A stretch of 64,000 nucleotides of DNA from Macrostomum lignano. Lineage: Eukaryota. Location of the stretch: NCBI GenBank assembly GCA_002269645.1, contig NIVC01000303.1, forward strand, positions 186,001 through 250,000, read 5' to 3'. Made by a program: the position numbers and the translations under genes. Below the pieces are notes generated by a model. It was given only the letters and a program-made list of their open reading frames with translations, was not told the origin of the DNA and did no database searches. Positions 35,115-48,202 of this stretch are shown here, piece after piece. How positions within the stretch are numbered: the stretch's first letter is position 1; each line of letters opens with the position of its first letter.

Positions 35115-35949
35115 TGTTGGATTGTCTGAGAAGAGCATAAATGCAGTTAAAATGAACGCAGTGAGAGATAGAGAAGAGAGGGAGAAGGGAGGGAGAAAAG
35201 GGAGAAGAGGCAATTAAGTCGAAGCCTTGAAGCCTCAAGCTCAAGTGAGAAATGGAGAAGAGAGGGTAGGAGGGAGAGCTGCCCAGCCCAGTGCTGCAGT
35301 GCCAGTGACTGACACACCACCACAAGTCCTGCTTGCACGAGACACCCTCATCGCACAGGCCAGTCACCCACTAAAGACCGCTCAGTGGAGACCTGGTTTG
35401 ACCTTGCAATGTACCACTCAAATGAGAAAAATGAACTACAAACCGGCAGGTCAGAAGAGTTTTGTGCAAACTTAAAATTACTGGAAATTATTGGGATGAA
35501 AATTAGCGAGACGAGCGCTGATTGCATGTTTATTTGTTACTAAGGAGTTAATTACGATTATTAAATTAATTCATTAAGTATAAAAAATAAACGTACAAAA
35601 TAGCTTTATTTTGGGTTTAAAAATGCTTTAATATTTTGCATAAATAAAAATGCCATTTAAGCAGAAATAAATAGCAGAGTAAATTAGAGAAGCAGACAAA
35701 TGCGGTTACCATAGCAACATAACAGTAATTTTAGCACCATATGGTAGCCGGAGTTGCAGAGCGGCTTCAGTGGATATAACAGTTGACAGTGCAAAATAAG
35801 ACTGATTGGAAATGCAGTGCAGAGTAAGTTTATTATCATAATTAAATTAGCATAAATTATTGCATGGATAAACAGGAGCATGCGGGACTGCACTACTCAA
35901 CTGGTTTGAGTAGTAGAGATGAAATGAAACTGAAACAGCTGAGATTGAT

Positions 35950-36692
35950 TGAGACAGATTGAGAGTGACATATGGAGTGAGAGCCACACAGATTGAGAGT
36001 GAGATATGGAGTGAGAATCACACAGATTGAGAGTGAGATAAGGAGTGAGTCACACAGATTGAGAGTGAGATATGGAGTGAGTCACACAGATTGAGAGTGA
36101 CATATGGAGTGAGAGCCACACAGATTGAGAGTGAGATATGGAGTGAGAATCACACAGATTGAGAGTGAGATAAGGAGTGAGTCACACAGATTGAGAGTGA
36201 GATATGGAGTGAGTCACACAGATTGAGAGTGAGATATGGAGTGAGAGTCACACAGATTGAGAGTGAGATATGGAGTGACAGTCACACAGATTGAGAGTGA
36301 GATATGGAGTGAGAGTCACACAGATTGAGAGTGAGATATGGAGTGACAGTCACACAGATTGAGAGTGAGATATGGAGTGACAGTCACACAGATTGAGAGT
36401 GAGATATGGAGTGAGAGTCACACAAATTGAGAGTGAGATATGGAGTGACAGTCACACAGATTGAGAGTGAGATATGGAGTGAGAGTCACACAGATTGAGA
36501 GTGAGATATGGAGTGAGAGTCACACAGATTGAGAGTGAGATATGGAGTGACAGTCACACAGATTGAGAGTGAGATATGGAGTGAGAGTCACACAGGTTGA
36601 GAGTGAGATATGGAGTGAGAGTCACACAGATTGAGAGTGAGATATGGAGTGACAGTCACACAGATTGAGAGTGAGATATGGAGTGAGAGTCA
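35950..36692. repeat. Minisatellite, 32-34 bp GAGTGAGATATGGAGTGAGAGTCACACAGATTGA
   Basis: About 22 units ending ~80 nt past the RRM2 stop. Confidence 0.96.
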
Positions 36693-36770
36693 GTGAAGCA
36701 GGCAGCTCAGCCCTAACAACAGCAGACTTCAGCCTGTGGATGCCCAGAGTCCCCCAGAAGTGCCCAGGCC

Positions 36771-37889
36771 TCAGAAGTCGGCATCCAGCTTGAACTCGCG
36801 GTCATTCTGGCCCATGACGCGGCTCATGACTCCAGCCTTCTGGTACTCGCCCACCCGCTTCTCAAAGAAGTTGGTTTTGCCCTCCAGGCTGATGTTCTCC
36901 ATGAAGTCGAAGGGATTCTCAGAGTTGAAGGCCTTGGGGCAGTTCAGCTCAGTGAGCAGCCTGTCAGCCACGAACTCGATGTAGCGGCACATGGAGGCGC
37001 AGTTCATGCCAATCAGGGACACCGGCAAAGCCTCCGTCAGGAAGCTCTGCTCGATGCGCACCGCGTCACGGATGATCTCCTCGATGCGCTGACTGCTTGG
37101 CGGCCGCTGAAGGTGGCGGAACATCAGGCAGGCAAAGTCAGTGTGGAGGCCTTCGTCGCGGCTGATGAGCTCGTTGCTGAAGGTCAGGCCTGGCATGAGG
37201 CCGCGCTTCTTCAGCCAGAAGACGGCGGCGAAGCTGCCGCTGAAGAAGATGCCCTCAACAGCTGCGAAGGCCACCACGCGCTCGCCGAAGGTGGCCCGCT
37301 TGTGGGAGATCCAGTTGAGCGCCCAGTCTGCCTTCTGGCGCACCGGCGGCAGCGTCTCGATGGCGTTGAACAGCAGGTCGCGCTGGGCCGGGTCCCGCAC
37401 GTAGCTGTCAATCAGCAGCGAGTACATCTCCGAGTGGATGTTCTCAATCATGATCTGGAAGCCGTAGAAGCACCTGGCCTCCGGGATCTGCACCTCCTGG
37501 GCGAACCGCTCCACCAGGTTCTCGTTCACGATGCCGTCAGAGGCAGCGAAGAAGGCCAGCACGTACGAGACAAAGTGCCTCTCGTTGTCTGTGAGCTGCT
37601 TCCAGTCCTCCAGGTCCTTGCTGAGGTCCACCTCCTCCACTGTCCAGAAGCTGGCCACCGCCTTCTTGTACATCTGCCAGATGTCGTGGTACTGGATGGG
37701 CATGATCACGAAGCGGTGCGGGTTCTCCTTCAGTAGCGGCTCCGAGGCCTCCGCTGCCTTCAGCTGCTGCTGCTGCAGCTCCGGCTGCTTGGCGTTGAGC
37801 TGCTTCAGCGGGCTCAGCAGCTGCTGGGAGGCGTCCTGCGCCTGCGGCGGCTGCGAAGGCGGCACGTTCTCGGTGGCGACTGAGTCCAT
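36771..37889 (-). CDS. RRM2: Ribonucleotide reductase small subunit (R2)
   Basis: [56 protein letters not shown]-terminal DADF; uninterrupted from ATG 37889. A phase-1 acceptor at 37967 may add an upstream exon. Confidence 0.97.
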   Translation of the reverse strand: MDSVATENVPPSQPPQAQDASQQLLSPLKQLNAKQPELQQQQLKAAEASEPLLKENPHRFVIMPIQYHDIWQMYKKAVASFWTVEEVDLSKDLEDWKQLTDNERHFVSYVLAFFAASDGIVNENLVERFAQEVQIPEARCFYGFQIMIENIHSEMYSLLIDSYVRDPAQRDLLFNAIETLPPVRQKADWALNWISHKRATFGERVVAFAAVEGIFFSGSFAAVFWLKKRGLMPGLTFSNELISRDEGLHTDFACLMFRHLQRPPSSQRIEEIIRDAVRIEQSFLTEALPVSLIGMNCASMCRYIEFVADRLLTELNCPKAFNSENPFDFMENISLEGKTNFFEKRVGEYQKAGVMSRVMGQNDREFKLDADF

Positions 37890-37969
37890 GGCGACTGGCT
37901 GGCGAGGAGCTGCTGGAGCATCAATGATGCGAGCCGGCTGCTTTGACTTTGATGCTGGGCTGATTGCTG

Positions 37970-38470
37970 TGACCCACAACTGGCTTTCAGTGACCCAACT
38001 GGCTTTCAGTGACCCAACAACAGGCTTTCAGTGACCCCAACTCGCTTTCAGTGACCCCAACTGGCTTTCAGTGACCCCAACTGGCTTTCAGTGACCCAAC
38101 AACAGGCTTTCAGTGACCCCAACTGGCTTTCAGTGACCCAACTGGCTTTCAGTGACCCAACAACAGGCTTTCAGTGACCTACAACTAACTTTCAGTGACC
38201 CACAACTGGCTTTCAGTGACCCACAACTGGCTTTCAGTGACGCACAACTGCCTTTCAGTGACCCTAACAGGCATTCAGTGACCCTAATGGGTTATCAGTG
38301 ACCTACAACTGACTTTTAGTGACCTACAACTGGCTTTCAGTGACCTACAACTGGCTTTCAGTGACCCCTACTGTCTTTTAGTGACCCCTAATGGCCTTCA
38401 GTGATCCCTAATGTCCTTCAGTGACCCCTAATGGGCTTCATTGACTCCTAGTGGCTTTTTAGTCACTTTT
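37970..38470. repeat. Minisatellite, 19-23 bp ACTGGCTTTCAGTGACCCCA, decaying rightwards
   Basis: Abuts the putative RRM2 acceptor. Confidence 0.93.
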
Positions 38471-39189
38471 ACTGACCTTCACTGACACTCAAGATAACCC
38501 AGTGACCACACAGATATCTAATGTGCCGCATCACAGCATTCATCATCAGTGACCCTAAAAGTATATTCTACACTTTAACAGAGCCATAAAGCCTATGACT
38601 AAGCTATTAATATCTATAATTAAAATCAATTAAGTAAAAAGAAAGAAACCAAAAAACCTAGCTCGTTGACTTTAAAGAAAAAAAATTAAATTAAGTATAT
38701 ATTAGATTAAATTACAATTTTTACTGTAGAAATATGACAATTCAACACAGCGTGGAACCAACTAACTCACTTTTAACTTCCTTACTTAGAGTTTTTTAAC
38801 TACGAACGCAAAAAGCTTAATTGTTTTCACATGCCATTCTATTATGCTACTTATTTAACTTGATTATTACTTATTACTTATTACTGATTATATATAACTG
38901 ATTATAAGTTATTATAACATATTCACTCTATGTACAGGGTTTTAAAAAAAAACTAGAAATAAAAATGAAAATGAAATTTAAGAATATTTCCATATCTCGT
39001 TATGATTTTGTTCATTGCATTAGTAGCGGAGACAGAGTGACACATATACAATTATATATGCACATCAAGATAGAAGATAATATAATATAAGCCTACAGCG
39101 CTTGCGCTTCTTTACCGTGTGCTACTGTGTGAATGTGCGTGTGCGTTATTTTTCCGGAGAAACTGTGCTAAGCTGACAGCGGATGGCGG

Positions 39190-39910
39190 AGAGGATTGAG
39201 GGTGGGGGCGGATGGATGGGAAACTGAGGAGTGGATGGGAAAGCGGACAAGGGGTGGAAGGGATGCATGCGGCGGACATGATGGGATGATGATGGGAGCG
39301 GATGGGGGGATAGAGGAGCGGATATGGGAGCGGATGGCGGGATAGAGGAGCGGATATGGGAGCGGATGGGGGGATAGAGGAGCGGATATGGGAGCGGATG
39401 GGGGGATAGAGGAGCGGATATGGGAGCGGATGGGAGCGGATGGGGGATAGAAGAGCGGATACGGGAGCGGATGGGGGATAGAGGAGCGAATACGGGAGCG
39501 GATGGGGGGATAGAGGAGCGGATACGGGAGCGGATGAGAGCGGATGGCGGGATAGAGGAGCGGATACGGGAGCGGATGGGGGGATAGAGGAGCGGATACA
39601 GGAGCGGATGGGGGGAAAGAGAAGCGGATATGGGGAGCGGATGGGGGCGAATGGGGGATAGAGGAGCGGATATAGGGATAGAGAAGCGGATATGGGAGCG
39701 GATGGGGGATAGAGGAGCGGACATAGGAGCGGAAGTGAGAGGATATGGGAGCGATATGGCTGTTGGGAAAGCGGATATGTGGGCGGATGGGGGCGGATAC
39801 GGTGGCGGATGGGGGCGGACGGAAGAGCGAATGGGGAGCGGATATGGGGGCGGATAGATGAGCAAGGGGGGCGGATATTGGAGCTGATGGGGCGGATAGG
39901 TGATAGATGG
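39190..39910. repeat. G/A-rich ~32 bp repeat GGATAGAGGAGCGGATATGGGAGCGGATGGGG
   Basis: Read directly; G-run rich. Confidence 0.9.
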
Positions 39911-40759
39911 GGATGTAGTGAATGCGAGTGGAGACATAACAAAGAAAGATAACTACAAATATGCATGAATATTATGTGAGATGCAGCGCACAAGCAAAGT
40001 TAAACAAAAATGTTTAAAAAAGTGACACATACTACTAATAGACAGATATAATTAACAGAAGGCTCATTATAAGTCAACAACACATACAGATGTACATATT
40101 AAAATACGCATAAATATGGCTATCCCTGGAGGAGAAACAATATTTGTCATTAAACAAAACAATATATTTACAAAGTGGACACTTTAAGCGCTTAAGTGCG
40201 CGCAAACTAAATTATCAGACTGTTATTTACTCAAATTAAGCAACTACTTCTAGCAAAGCGGCACGACAAACTTAAGATAGATTTGCTGACAAATACCTAA
40301 GGTAGAAGACGTTGTACTTATAAAAAACAAATATAAACAGTGTGAGCTAATAAATGAACAATGAGTAATTACTTTCATTGTGCTCAATTTAGAGTACAGA
40401 TATCCAAATTTGAAAACCTGTAGAATACAGGCAGGTCAGGCCATAGACAACACGCCTGATTCTCACGCCACACGACCCTTCTGTGAATATTATTATACGT
40501 CTATGTCTATGGCCCAACCTGTCTTTACTCTATTAAAGCTTCTAACTTTGAATGTCAATTCTCTAACTTGGCGAAACAAAAGCTGTAACTATGTGTGGGT
40601 GTACATAAATTTATAAGAAAAATTCAGTATAATTTCATACACATTTTATATACATCTTGACCTTAGCCTACTTACAGTAGCTAGAAGAGAATAAGCGTCA
40701 GTAAAAATGAGATCACGGAAAATATTACATAAATAAATATTGTTTATTTAAAGTTATAC

Positions 40760-40987
40760 TCAACCGCTTCGGAGCCTGCTAGACTTGAACAGCTCCATCA
40801 AGAGGCTGTTAGTCTCCAGATAGGGGCTCAAATCTTTGCCAGCCAGCATTGCCCAAGCCGCAGTTGCTGTGCGCTTCAAGTCTGCCACTTTGAGAAACAA
40901 TTCCGCAAATTTGTTCGGCTCATTTGGACAGGCGGTCACCGTGTGGGCCATGAGAGACTGGCACATCTCGTCTAGGCAGGCTCGCAC
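40760..40987 (-). CDS. NR5B/HR39-like nuclear receptor, last exon (LBD helices 10-12)
   Basis: CCGCAG acceptor, phase 0; PNKFAELFLKVADL, NSLLMELF (AF2-like); TGA at 40760-40762. Confidence 0.85.
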   Translation of the reverse strand: MRACLDEMCQSLMAHTVTACPNEPNKFAELFLKVADLKRTATAAWAMLAGKDLSPYLETNSLLMELFKSSRLRSG

Positions 40988-41039
40988 CTGCGGCGGTGTG
41001 GGCAGTTTCAGAGGATCACTCTCGATTCTGTATGACCTC

Positions 41040-41510
41040 ATTCTAACTTATCTATGACCTCGCCATCTTTTCTCTGTTATTTCCTTCTAACTTTTCTATG
41101 ACCGCACTATCCCTTCTTTATGACCTCACAATCCCTTCTTTATGATCTTACTATCCCTTCTCTATGACCTTAATATCCCTTCCCTCCTCTATGACCTCTC
41201 TATCCCCTTTCTATGACCTCACTATCCCTTCTCTATGATATCTCTTCTCACTTCTATTTCGACGACTGCACTCTTCACAATCTATGACCTCACAACCTCT
41301 TTCTGTGATCTCACTATCTTTCCTCTATGACCTCATTCTACGTTCCCTTTGACGTCACTCTTCACTTTCTATGACCTCATTTATCCCCTCTTTAGGACCA
41401 CACTCTTCTCTATGACCCCACTATCTCTTTCGCTATGGCTCTAGCTGTCAACGATCTTATTCTCATAGCAAAAACGATCTTAATTTCCCTTCTCTATGAC
41501 TTTATACAAA
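41040..41510. repeat. Degenerate ~22 bp intronic repeat CTATGACCTCACTATCCCTTCT
   Basis: Fills intron 40988-41550. Confidence 0.8.
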
Positions 41511-41550
41511 TTAATTAAAAATCTCATTCTTCATCAATCCCAAATCTCAC

Positions 41551-42346
41551 CTTTTCAGGACAGGACAAGCCCTGGGCGTCCGGCTGCATGAGCACGATAA
41601 CCTTCAGACAGGCGTACTCAGTCAAGCTCAACCCAATCCGGCACAGATCTCCAGTCAGGGCGAGTATCTCTCCAACAATACCATGGGCGCCGAGCTCCCT
41701 AGCGGCCTCTAAATTGATGCACTTATTAGCTGTCAATCTGATCTCACTAGGAGTCTGTAAGGAGCGCCAGCAGCAGTCGAAACAGAGCAGTTCTACCCAG
41801 CAGTTCTGCAGCAGAGCGATCTGATCCTCTGTGCTAACCGTATTAAACGCTGGCAGATGCCGGGACCAACGAACCAGCCGGTACAGGCGCCGCTCAGCCA
41901 ATAGCAGCAGAGCTCGATAAACTGCAGTCTCATCTGCGGCAGATTCAGCCAAATCTAAACTGTCCTCCTCGTGCATAACCATGCGCTCGCTGTTGACTGC
42001 TTCAATTATGCAGGTAGGCAGACTGGAAGCTGACGAGTCTGATGAAGGATCAGTCTGCTGTTGCTGTTGCTGTTGTTGCTGGGAGCTTGCCAGCGTTGAA
42101 GATTCAGTAGAATTGGAGGACGAAGAAGTCTGAGAGAGCTGAGCGGCGCCTGATGAAGAAGCAACTGCAACAGTTGCGGAAGCAGCAACGGAAGTAGGAG
42201 CAGCTGGAGCAGCAACAACAGAGTTCTGCTGCAGCCGCATGCCGGTGTACAAGGACCGACCGCCGCGGGTTCGATCGCCGCGAATTGCTTCAACTTTCAT
42301 GCCCTTCTCCAGGCATTTGCGCATGCGGCAGGCTGGGCACTTTTTC
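41551..42346 (-). CDS. NR5B/HR39-like exon 3: end of DBD, FTZ-F1 box, hinge, LBD
   Basis: KKCPACRMRKCLEKGMKVEAIRGDRTRGGRS; LVRWSRHLPAF...DQIALLQNCWVELL; EYACLKVIVL; acceptor at 42347, donor at 41550. Confidence 0.93.
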
Positions 42347-42394
42347 CTGCCGCGTTGTGGGGGGAGTTGGGGTACTGGGGTTGCTTTTATGGGT

Positions 42395-42985
42395 GAAGAA
42401 TGAGCTTTGGGGGCGATTCTCAGATAGTTAGGGGCGATTCTTAGATAGTTAGGGGCGATTCTTAGATAGTTAGGGGCGATTCTCAGATAGTTAGGGCGAT
42501 TCTTAGATAATTAGGGGTGATTCTTAGATAATTAGGGGCGATTCTTAGATAATTAGGGGCGATTCTTAGATAGTTAGGGGCGATTCTCAGATAGTTAGGG
42601 GCGATTCTTAGATAGTTAGGGGCGATTCTTAGATAGTTAGGGGCGATTCTCAGATAGTTAGGGGCGATTCTCAGATAGTTAGGGCGATTCTTAGATAATT
42701 AGGGGTGATTCTTAGATAATTAGGGGCGATTCTTAGATAATTAGGGGCGATTCTTAGATAATTAGGAGTGACTCTTAGATTGTTAGGGGCGATTCTCAGA
42801 TAGTTAGGGGCGATTCTTAGATAATTAGGGGCAATCCTTGAATAATAAGGGGCGATCCTTAGATAATTAGGGGTGATTATTAGATAATTAGGAGTGATTC
42901 TTAGATAATAATGGGTGATTCTTAGATAATTAGGGGTGATTCTTAGATAATTAGGGGCGATCCTTAGACAGTTCAGGAGTGATAC
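42395..42985. repeat. Intronic minisatellite, 21 bp TTAGGGGCGATTCTTAGATA(G/A)
   Basis: About 27 units in intron 42347-43026. Confidence 0.96.
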
Positions 42986-43026
42986 TCAAATGCAAAACGA
43001 TAATATGGGTTCATTTAAGGTCATAC

Positions 43027-43355
43027 CTGGACAGCAGAGACATCTCGCAGGCAGACTGGCTACCCCTGTGACAAACGTAGGTCTTGCGATTTTGCACAGT
43101 TCGTTTAAAAAATCCTTTGCACGACTCGCATGAGAAAATGCCGTAGTGATAACCGGAGATTTTGTCACCGCAGACTGGGCACGGGCCCATGTTAGTGAAC
43201 TGCTTAATGTACTGCTGCCACGGAGAACCATTCACGCAGCCGCTGCCACCGATTGTGATGCCGCTGCCTGCGCTGCTGCTGCTGCCTGCATGGCCGGCGA
43301 CGCCACCAGCTCCGTCAGGCTGAGACGGCGTTGATGGTGCCGAGGAGAATGTCGT
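43027..43355 (-). CDS. NR5B/HR39-like exon 2: first zinc finger and P-box
   Basis: [33 protein letters not shown]; ATCCAG acceptor at phase 0, GTATG donor at phase 2, joining exon 3 in frame. Confidence 0.95.
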
Positions 43356-43371
43356 CTGGATATTTAATGGT

Positions 43372-43812
43372 GAGGGGTAGAAGCCTCACTAATTGATAAG
43401 GAGTGGGGTAGAAGCCTCACTAATTGATAAGGAGTGCGGTAGAAGCCTCACTAATAGATAAGGGCTGGGGAGAAGCCTCACTCATAGATAAGAATGGGGT
43501 AGAAGTCTCACTAATAGATAAGGGGTGGGGTAGAAGCCTCAAAATAGATAAGGATTGGGGTAGAAGTCTCACTAACAGATAAGGATTGGGGTAGAAGCCT
43601 CATTAATAGATAAGGGTGGGTAGAAGCCTCAAAATAGATAAGGAGTGGGGTAGAAGCCTCACTAATAGATAAGGGCTGGGGTAGAAGCCTCACTCATAGA
43701 TAAGAATGGGGTAAAAGTCTCACTAATAGATAAGGAGTGGGGTAGAAGCCCGACTAATAGATAAGGGCTGGGAGAAGCCTCACTAATAGATAAGAATGGG
43801 GTAGAATACTCA
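43372..43812. repeat. Intronic minisatellite, ~32 bp GGGGTAGAAGCCTCACTAATAGATAAGGAGT
   Basis: About 14 units in intron 43356-43852. Confidence 0.95.
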
Positions 43813-43852
43813 CTCTAACATGTAGAATATGAAAAATTGACACCTATTTTAC

Positions 43853-44656
43853 CTGTTCAATCTTCGGTCTAACAGAGACAAGCTTTTTAAACTGAGGCTG
43901 CTGCTGCACAGACTGCGGTTGCAATTGAGGAATCAGTATTGGTTGCTGCTGCTGCTGTTGCTGAGTCTGCAGTTGAAAATTTGCAGCCGCAGAATCGATA
44001 GGAATTAGCAAGACATTTCCGCTAGTAGCGGCGATTCCCGGAGCAGCAGCAGTTGCTGTAGCAGCAGCGGGACCACAGGTAGCCATAATTGGTTTATTAT
44101 TTAACAGCAACACCTGCTGCGTTGTAGTTGCTATGGCAGCATTAGATGGACACTGTATACTAGTGACTATAGGCGCATTGTTGTCCACAACAACAGACGC
44201 TGTTGGCATGGTAACTACAGACACTCTCCTATGCTGCTGCTGTTGTTGCAGTTGAAATTCTGGTTCAGGTTTAACCACAGACAATACTGGACAGCTGGGC
44301 GTGCTACTCTGCTGTGGCTGAGTTCTGATGATGATTTTCTGACCCAAGTTAGCCGAATCGTCTGAACCATCAATGGCTCCAGTGAGGCTACTGGAATTTC
44401 TCAACTGAGCCAGAACTGCTGACAATTTCTGTTGCAGAGCCATTGGATCTGACAACTCAGACGAGGTCAATACGATTTCAGCGGCTGCTGGCAACTGCTG
44501 AGAAGACAATTGTTGTTGTTGCTGCAGTGGCTGCTGAGTCTGAATAGCTGGCCCAGATGACGAGCCAACAAGATTAAACAGAGCTGCAATCTCTTCGGCA
44601 GATGTGGGCGTCATGTTTGTAGCAGAAGCAGGATTTGTTGATGTTGTGGTTGCCAT
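43853..44656 (-). CDS. NR5B/HR39-like exon 1 (Q/A/S/T-rich A/B domain)
   Basis: ATG at 44656; 804 nt to GTAAAA donor, phase 0, in frame with exon 2. Confidence 0.75.
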
Positions 44657-46004
44657 GGTTTCTACTGCACTGAGGCTTTTTGAAAGTTATTTACAGACAA
44701 TTATTGAACAACATCGACAACTGCATCCCCAGATGGGATGATAGCTTATGCCTAATAGCTGGACTGAATTCATGAATTGAAATTTACATTCATGAATACA
44801 CAATTAACCCACTTTCATACAACAATATTATGTATTGGCCTGTACAACCAACCTGCTCTCTAGAACAATTTGAATAAACAAAGCTATCTGTATTTTTTTA
44901 ACTATCAAGATCTTGAATCTTGATTTCAGATAAAAACTGCAAATGATTTTAGGAAGAAAATTCAGATTGAAAAAATACTTATAAGGACACTATATAAATA
45001 TATGCCAAACTAATATTTTAGCCTAATTGCAAATATAGCATTTTGCAAGCTAGTAGAAACTACAAGCAAGCAATTTAATACAAGATAGGGCCTAGCAAAA
45101 ACATATGCATTTTGAGCCTTGTTGCTAGTAGTCTATATGGTAAAAAGTATGTCAAACCAGCAGGCAATTTAATCCTTGGAGCACTCATTTAAGCATAGAA
45201 ATCCATAAACAGCGCTGTCTATGCTGTTCCACTCTCAGTTTCTTCAACATGTCAGACAAAAGTGACCAAGCTGGCACCATTTGGAAGATATTGATCAACA
45301 GAATCACTGCCAAAGATGCTGGAGTGCCACCTATGTAATATGCTAAGATTAGTGACAAGAAACATAGATTTTTTTCTATTCTATTTGATAAAAAATTATT
45401 TACCTAAAGCTAAGTAAGATTGCATTCTACTTAACTTAAACTAATTTTATGCCTAATATATAATTTCATTTTATAGCTTATTAATCCTTTATCTATTAAT
45501 GATAGGAAATCTACTATAGCAAAAATAGTTATAAAACATTTGCAACTATGCCCGAAAACTTTGATCTTAGGCCTAGTTAGGCCTAAAATATATAGGAAAA
45601 CTATAGTTCTATAAAAAACATTATTGACATTTAGGCCTATAATAAAACTAAACCAATTCTTTCAATTCATTTTATAGGCTTTAGAATATAAACACAAGTT
45701 AGCATAGGCCTAATAAAAGTTGTTTCTTAACTAGGAGCAACAAAGCTAATTTATTAAAAAAGTAAAAATAGAAGTTATCAAAATTTAAAGTATATCTTAT
45801 ATAAAAGATTAGCCAGGCCTAGTAAAAAACTAACCAACTAACTAAACAACTAATGAAAAAATGGCCCTTGGCACTTTTGAAATTCTATTGGATTGCCTTG
45901 ACCCACTTTTTTGGACTATATATTTTGTTTTGCTTAAATATAATGGTGTTGTGAATTAAGGTTAATTGAATTGGCCTAGACAATATCTTATCTTCAACAA
46001 AATG

Positions 46005-46200
46005 TCAAGGGTGGTGGAGCCTAATATTTGAAGGGGGCACTGGGCACAGGGCAAGGGGGGCATAGGTACCTTTATAAGCTGCCTAATTAAGACCTAAAAT
46101 CAGAAGAAAAAAACACTAAAAATTACCACGTGGCGTGGACTCATTTTCTGGGAAGGGGGCACATGCCCTCGGTGCCGCAAGCTCCTGCTGCCCATGCAAA
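46005..46200. mobile_element. Possible short MITE remnant (GC island with GGGGGCAC / TGCCC motifs in AT-rich DNA)
   Basis: Compositional island with GAAGGGGGCAC present twice; no TSD confirmed. Confidence 0.3.
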
Positions 46201-48202
46201 ATGTGTTGGCTAAAAAGAAAAATTGGCAATCTTTTAGTTTGTTTTACAATATTATTTTCAAGTTTGAAACAATGTATCAATGTAGTAAAACAACAGAAAA
46301 CATTAAAGCCATGTTAAAGAAATTATTGTAAATACAAAGCTGATGAAACTCTAGAGCAAGAGCAAGAGCAAGAGTCTAAGTGAAGTCAGTGAAATCAGAA
46401 TGTCTTTAACAGTGCTATTTCATATCCTTTTTGGCCATAGACATCATTTTTTGATATGTTATTATATTGACGCACCATTTCAAACTTGGAAATAATATTG
46501 CGAAACAAACTAGAAGATTGCCAAAAAAAATTATTTAATGTTTTTGTTGACATTTATTTTCTTAGGCCTACATATAAATAAAGTCACCCTCCTTTAAAAT
46601 ACTGGGCTTACAACCAGACAATGGTAGGGCTATGCTTATCAGCTTATGACCCACAAATATAGTTGTCGAATATCATATTAGGCAATCTTCTTGAATTGTT
46701 TGTTTAATTATTTCCGGAATTATTTTGACCTCTATTTAAGGGTGGTGGGGGTGGGGTTGGAATTAAATGAACAATTTGAGAAAATAGCCCCATATTATTT
46801 GTATTGTAAAAAGTAAGGGTAAGCATGACTGCATGAGCAAGCACAAAGATCCCAAAGCACAAATTCAAAGAGGATGGCATTAATTTTAAGGCAGTGCTTA
46901 TCCCCACGGTACTGTAGGAATAATTTCTGTCTTATTCCACCGTGGAATAAGATCCAAACTTTTAAATTTTGATACAATACAATAGCTAAAAGCATCCAAA
47001 AACATGGACATGGTTATTTTGACCATAATCCTCATGAAGCAGTAGGCCTACTATTTAGGAACTCTACACACATGACACACATTATATAACCTACGACTTA
47101 TGAGGCTACAACTACATTATTTTATTAATAATAACTAGTAATATAAATAAATAGCTATATCAGATTTAGACATTATTTCCTCATTTAATTAAAAACCACT
47201 TTTGATACTCGGAGAATCGCTATATACATTGATAACATTAACATTTATAGGTATTAATTCATACAATGAACCCAAACATTTCAAAACAATCAACCAGATG
47301 GAAGAAAGAGGCCAGACTGGCGGGAAACAGACAAACAGACAAACGGGACTGAGCTGCTGGAGCAAAGTTACAAAAGCTACAAAATGTAGTAGTAGTAGTA
47401 AGTTGGCTCAGGCAAGAAGCCTGTTTGGCCAATATATTTCTGTGTATTTTAAGATTATTTCAGGAGCAGAAGGCAATATTTTAGCATTAGTTATTTACTA
47501 CGATTACAAAGTACGACGTACGAGTTTTGCAGTATGGTATTTGAAATAACGCGTAAATTTTGTCGACGAAACTTTGGAAAACTAACGAGGTGAAAGAAAA
47601 AGCAGGGAGTTAAAAGGTATTGCGTGAAATTTATGTATGTAGTAGCGATATTGCGCAAAACAGTTTAGCCCATAGGTTATAAAAATAAGTTATATTAATA
47701 ATGCATTCAACAAAATTCGTAAATTTAAATTAATGACTTATAAGCCAAACATTATAATAAGTTCTATTTTGACACTAAATGCTGCCTAATTATTAAAAAA
47801 CAAGACAAATTACATACTTCTAAGATTTTTTTAGAAATGTTATAGATTTGTCTACTGAATTCAAATTTTTGTAGATTGGATTTCCTTTTTAAATTCCTAT
47901 TTCTAACTAATTCTTTGAACTGTATGTCGTCTGCCTGGGGTGCCAGAAACCGTCTGTCTGTCTGGCTTACATTAATTGCAAGCATTTCCTATTTTTGTTT
48001 GTCTATCACCCATGACCCATGTTAGCTGACTCCCCTATAATAGGAGATACTATTATTTGTCAATCTATCTAATCATTCGACATTCTTATCATTTGGCATA
48101 TTTAGTATGTAGGTTTTAGAATTAGATTTTAATTTTTGGCTGTTCTCTAAAGTCTATTGCAGCCTTGGAAACTTGACCTTGAAGAAAACTTGATCTTAAG
48201 AA

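Noticed and set aside
16724-35367. Short overlapping and antisense ORFs across the NHL genes (HKS/VTR/CDS repeats)
   Set aside because: Alternative-frame readings of the same coding sequence and its 9-bp repeat.
36736-38034. Antisense ORFs over RRM2 and possible horizontal or viral origin of the intronless GC-rich gene
   Set aside because: Antisense ORFs are expected from high GC3. The protein has a eukaryote-type N-terminal extension (LSPLK, ENxPP) and C-terminal DADF, with nothing pointing to a foreign source.
46931-46951. Perfect 9-bp hairpin CTTATTCCA-CCG-TGGAATAAG (Helitron-end candidate)
   Set aside because: No CTRR terminus at the expected distance and no matching 5' end identified.
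47325-47965. ACAGACAAACAGAC / GTCTGTCTGTCTG motifs reminiscent of Helentron/DINE elements
   Set aside because: Only short microsatellite-like matches; subterminal inverted repeats and boundaries could not be defined.
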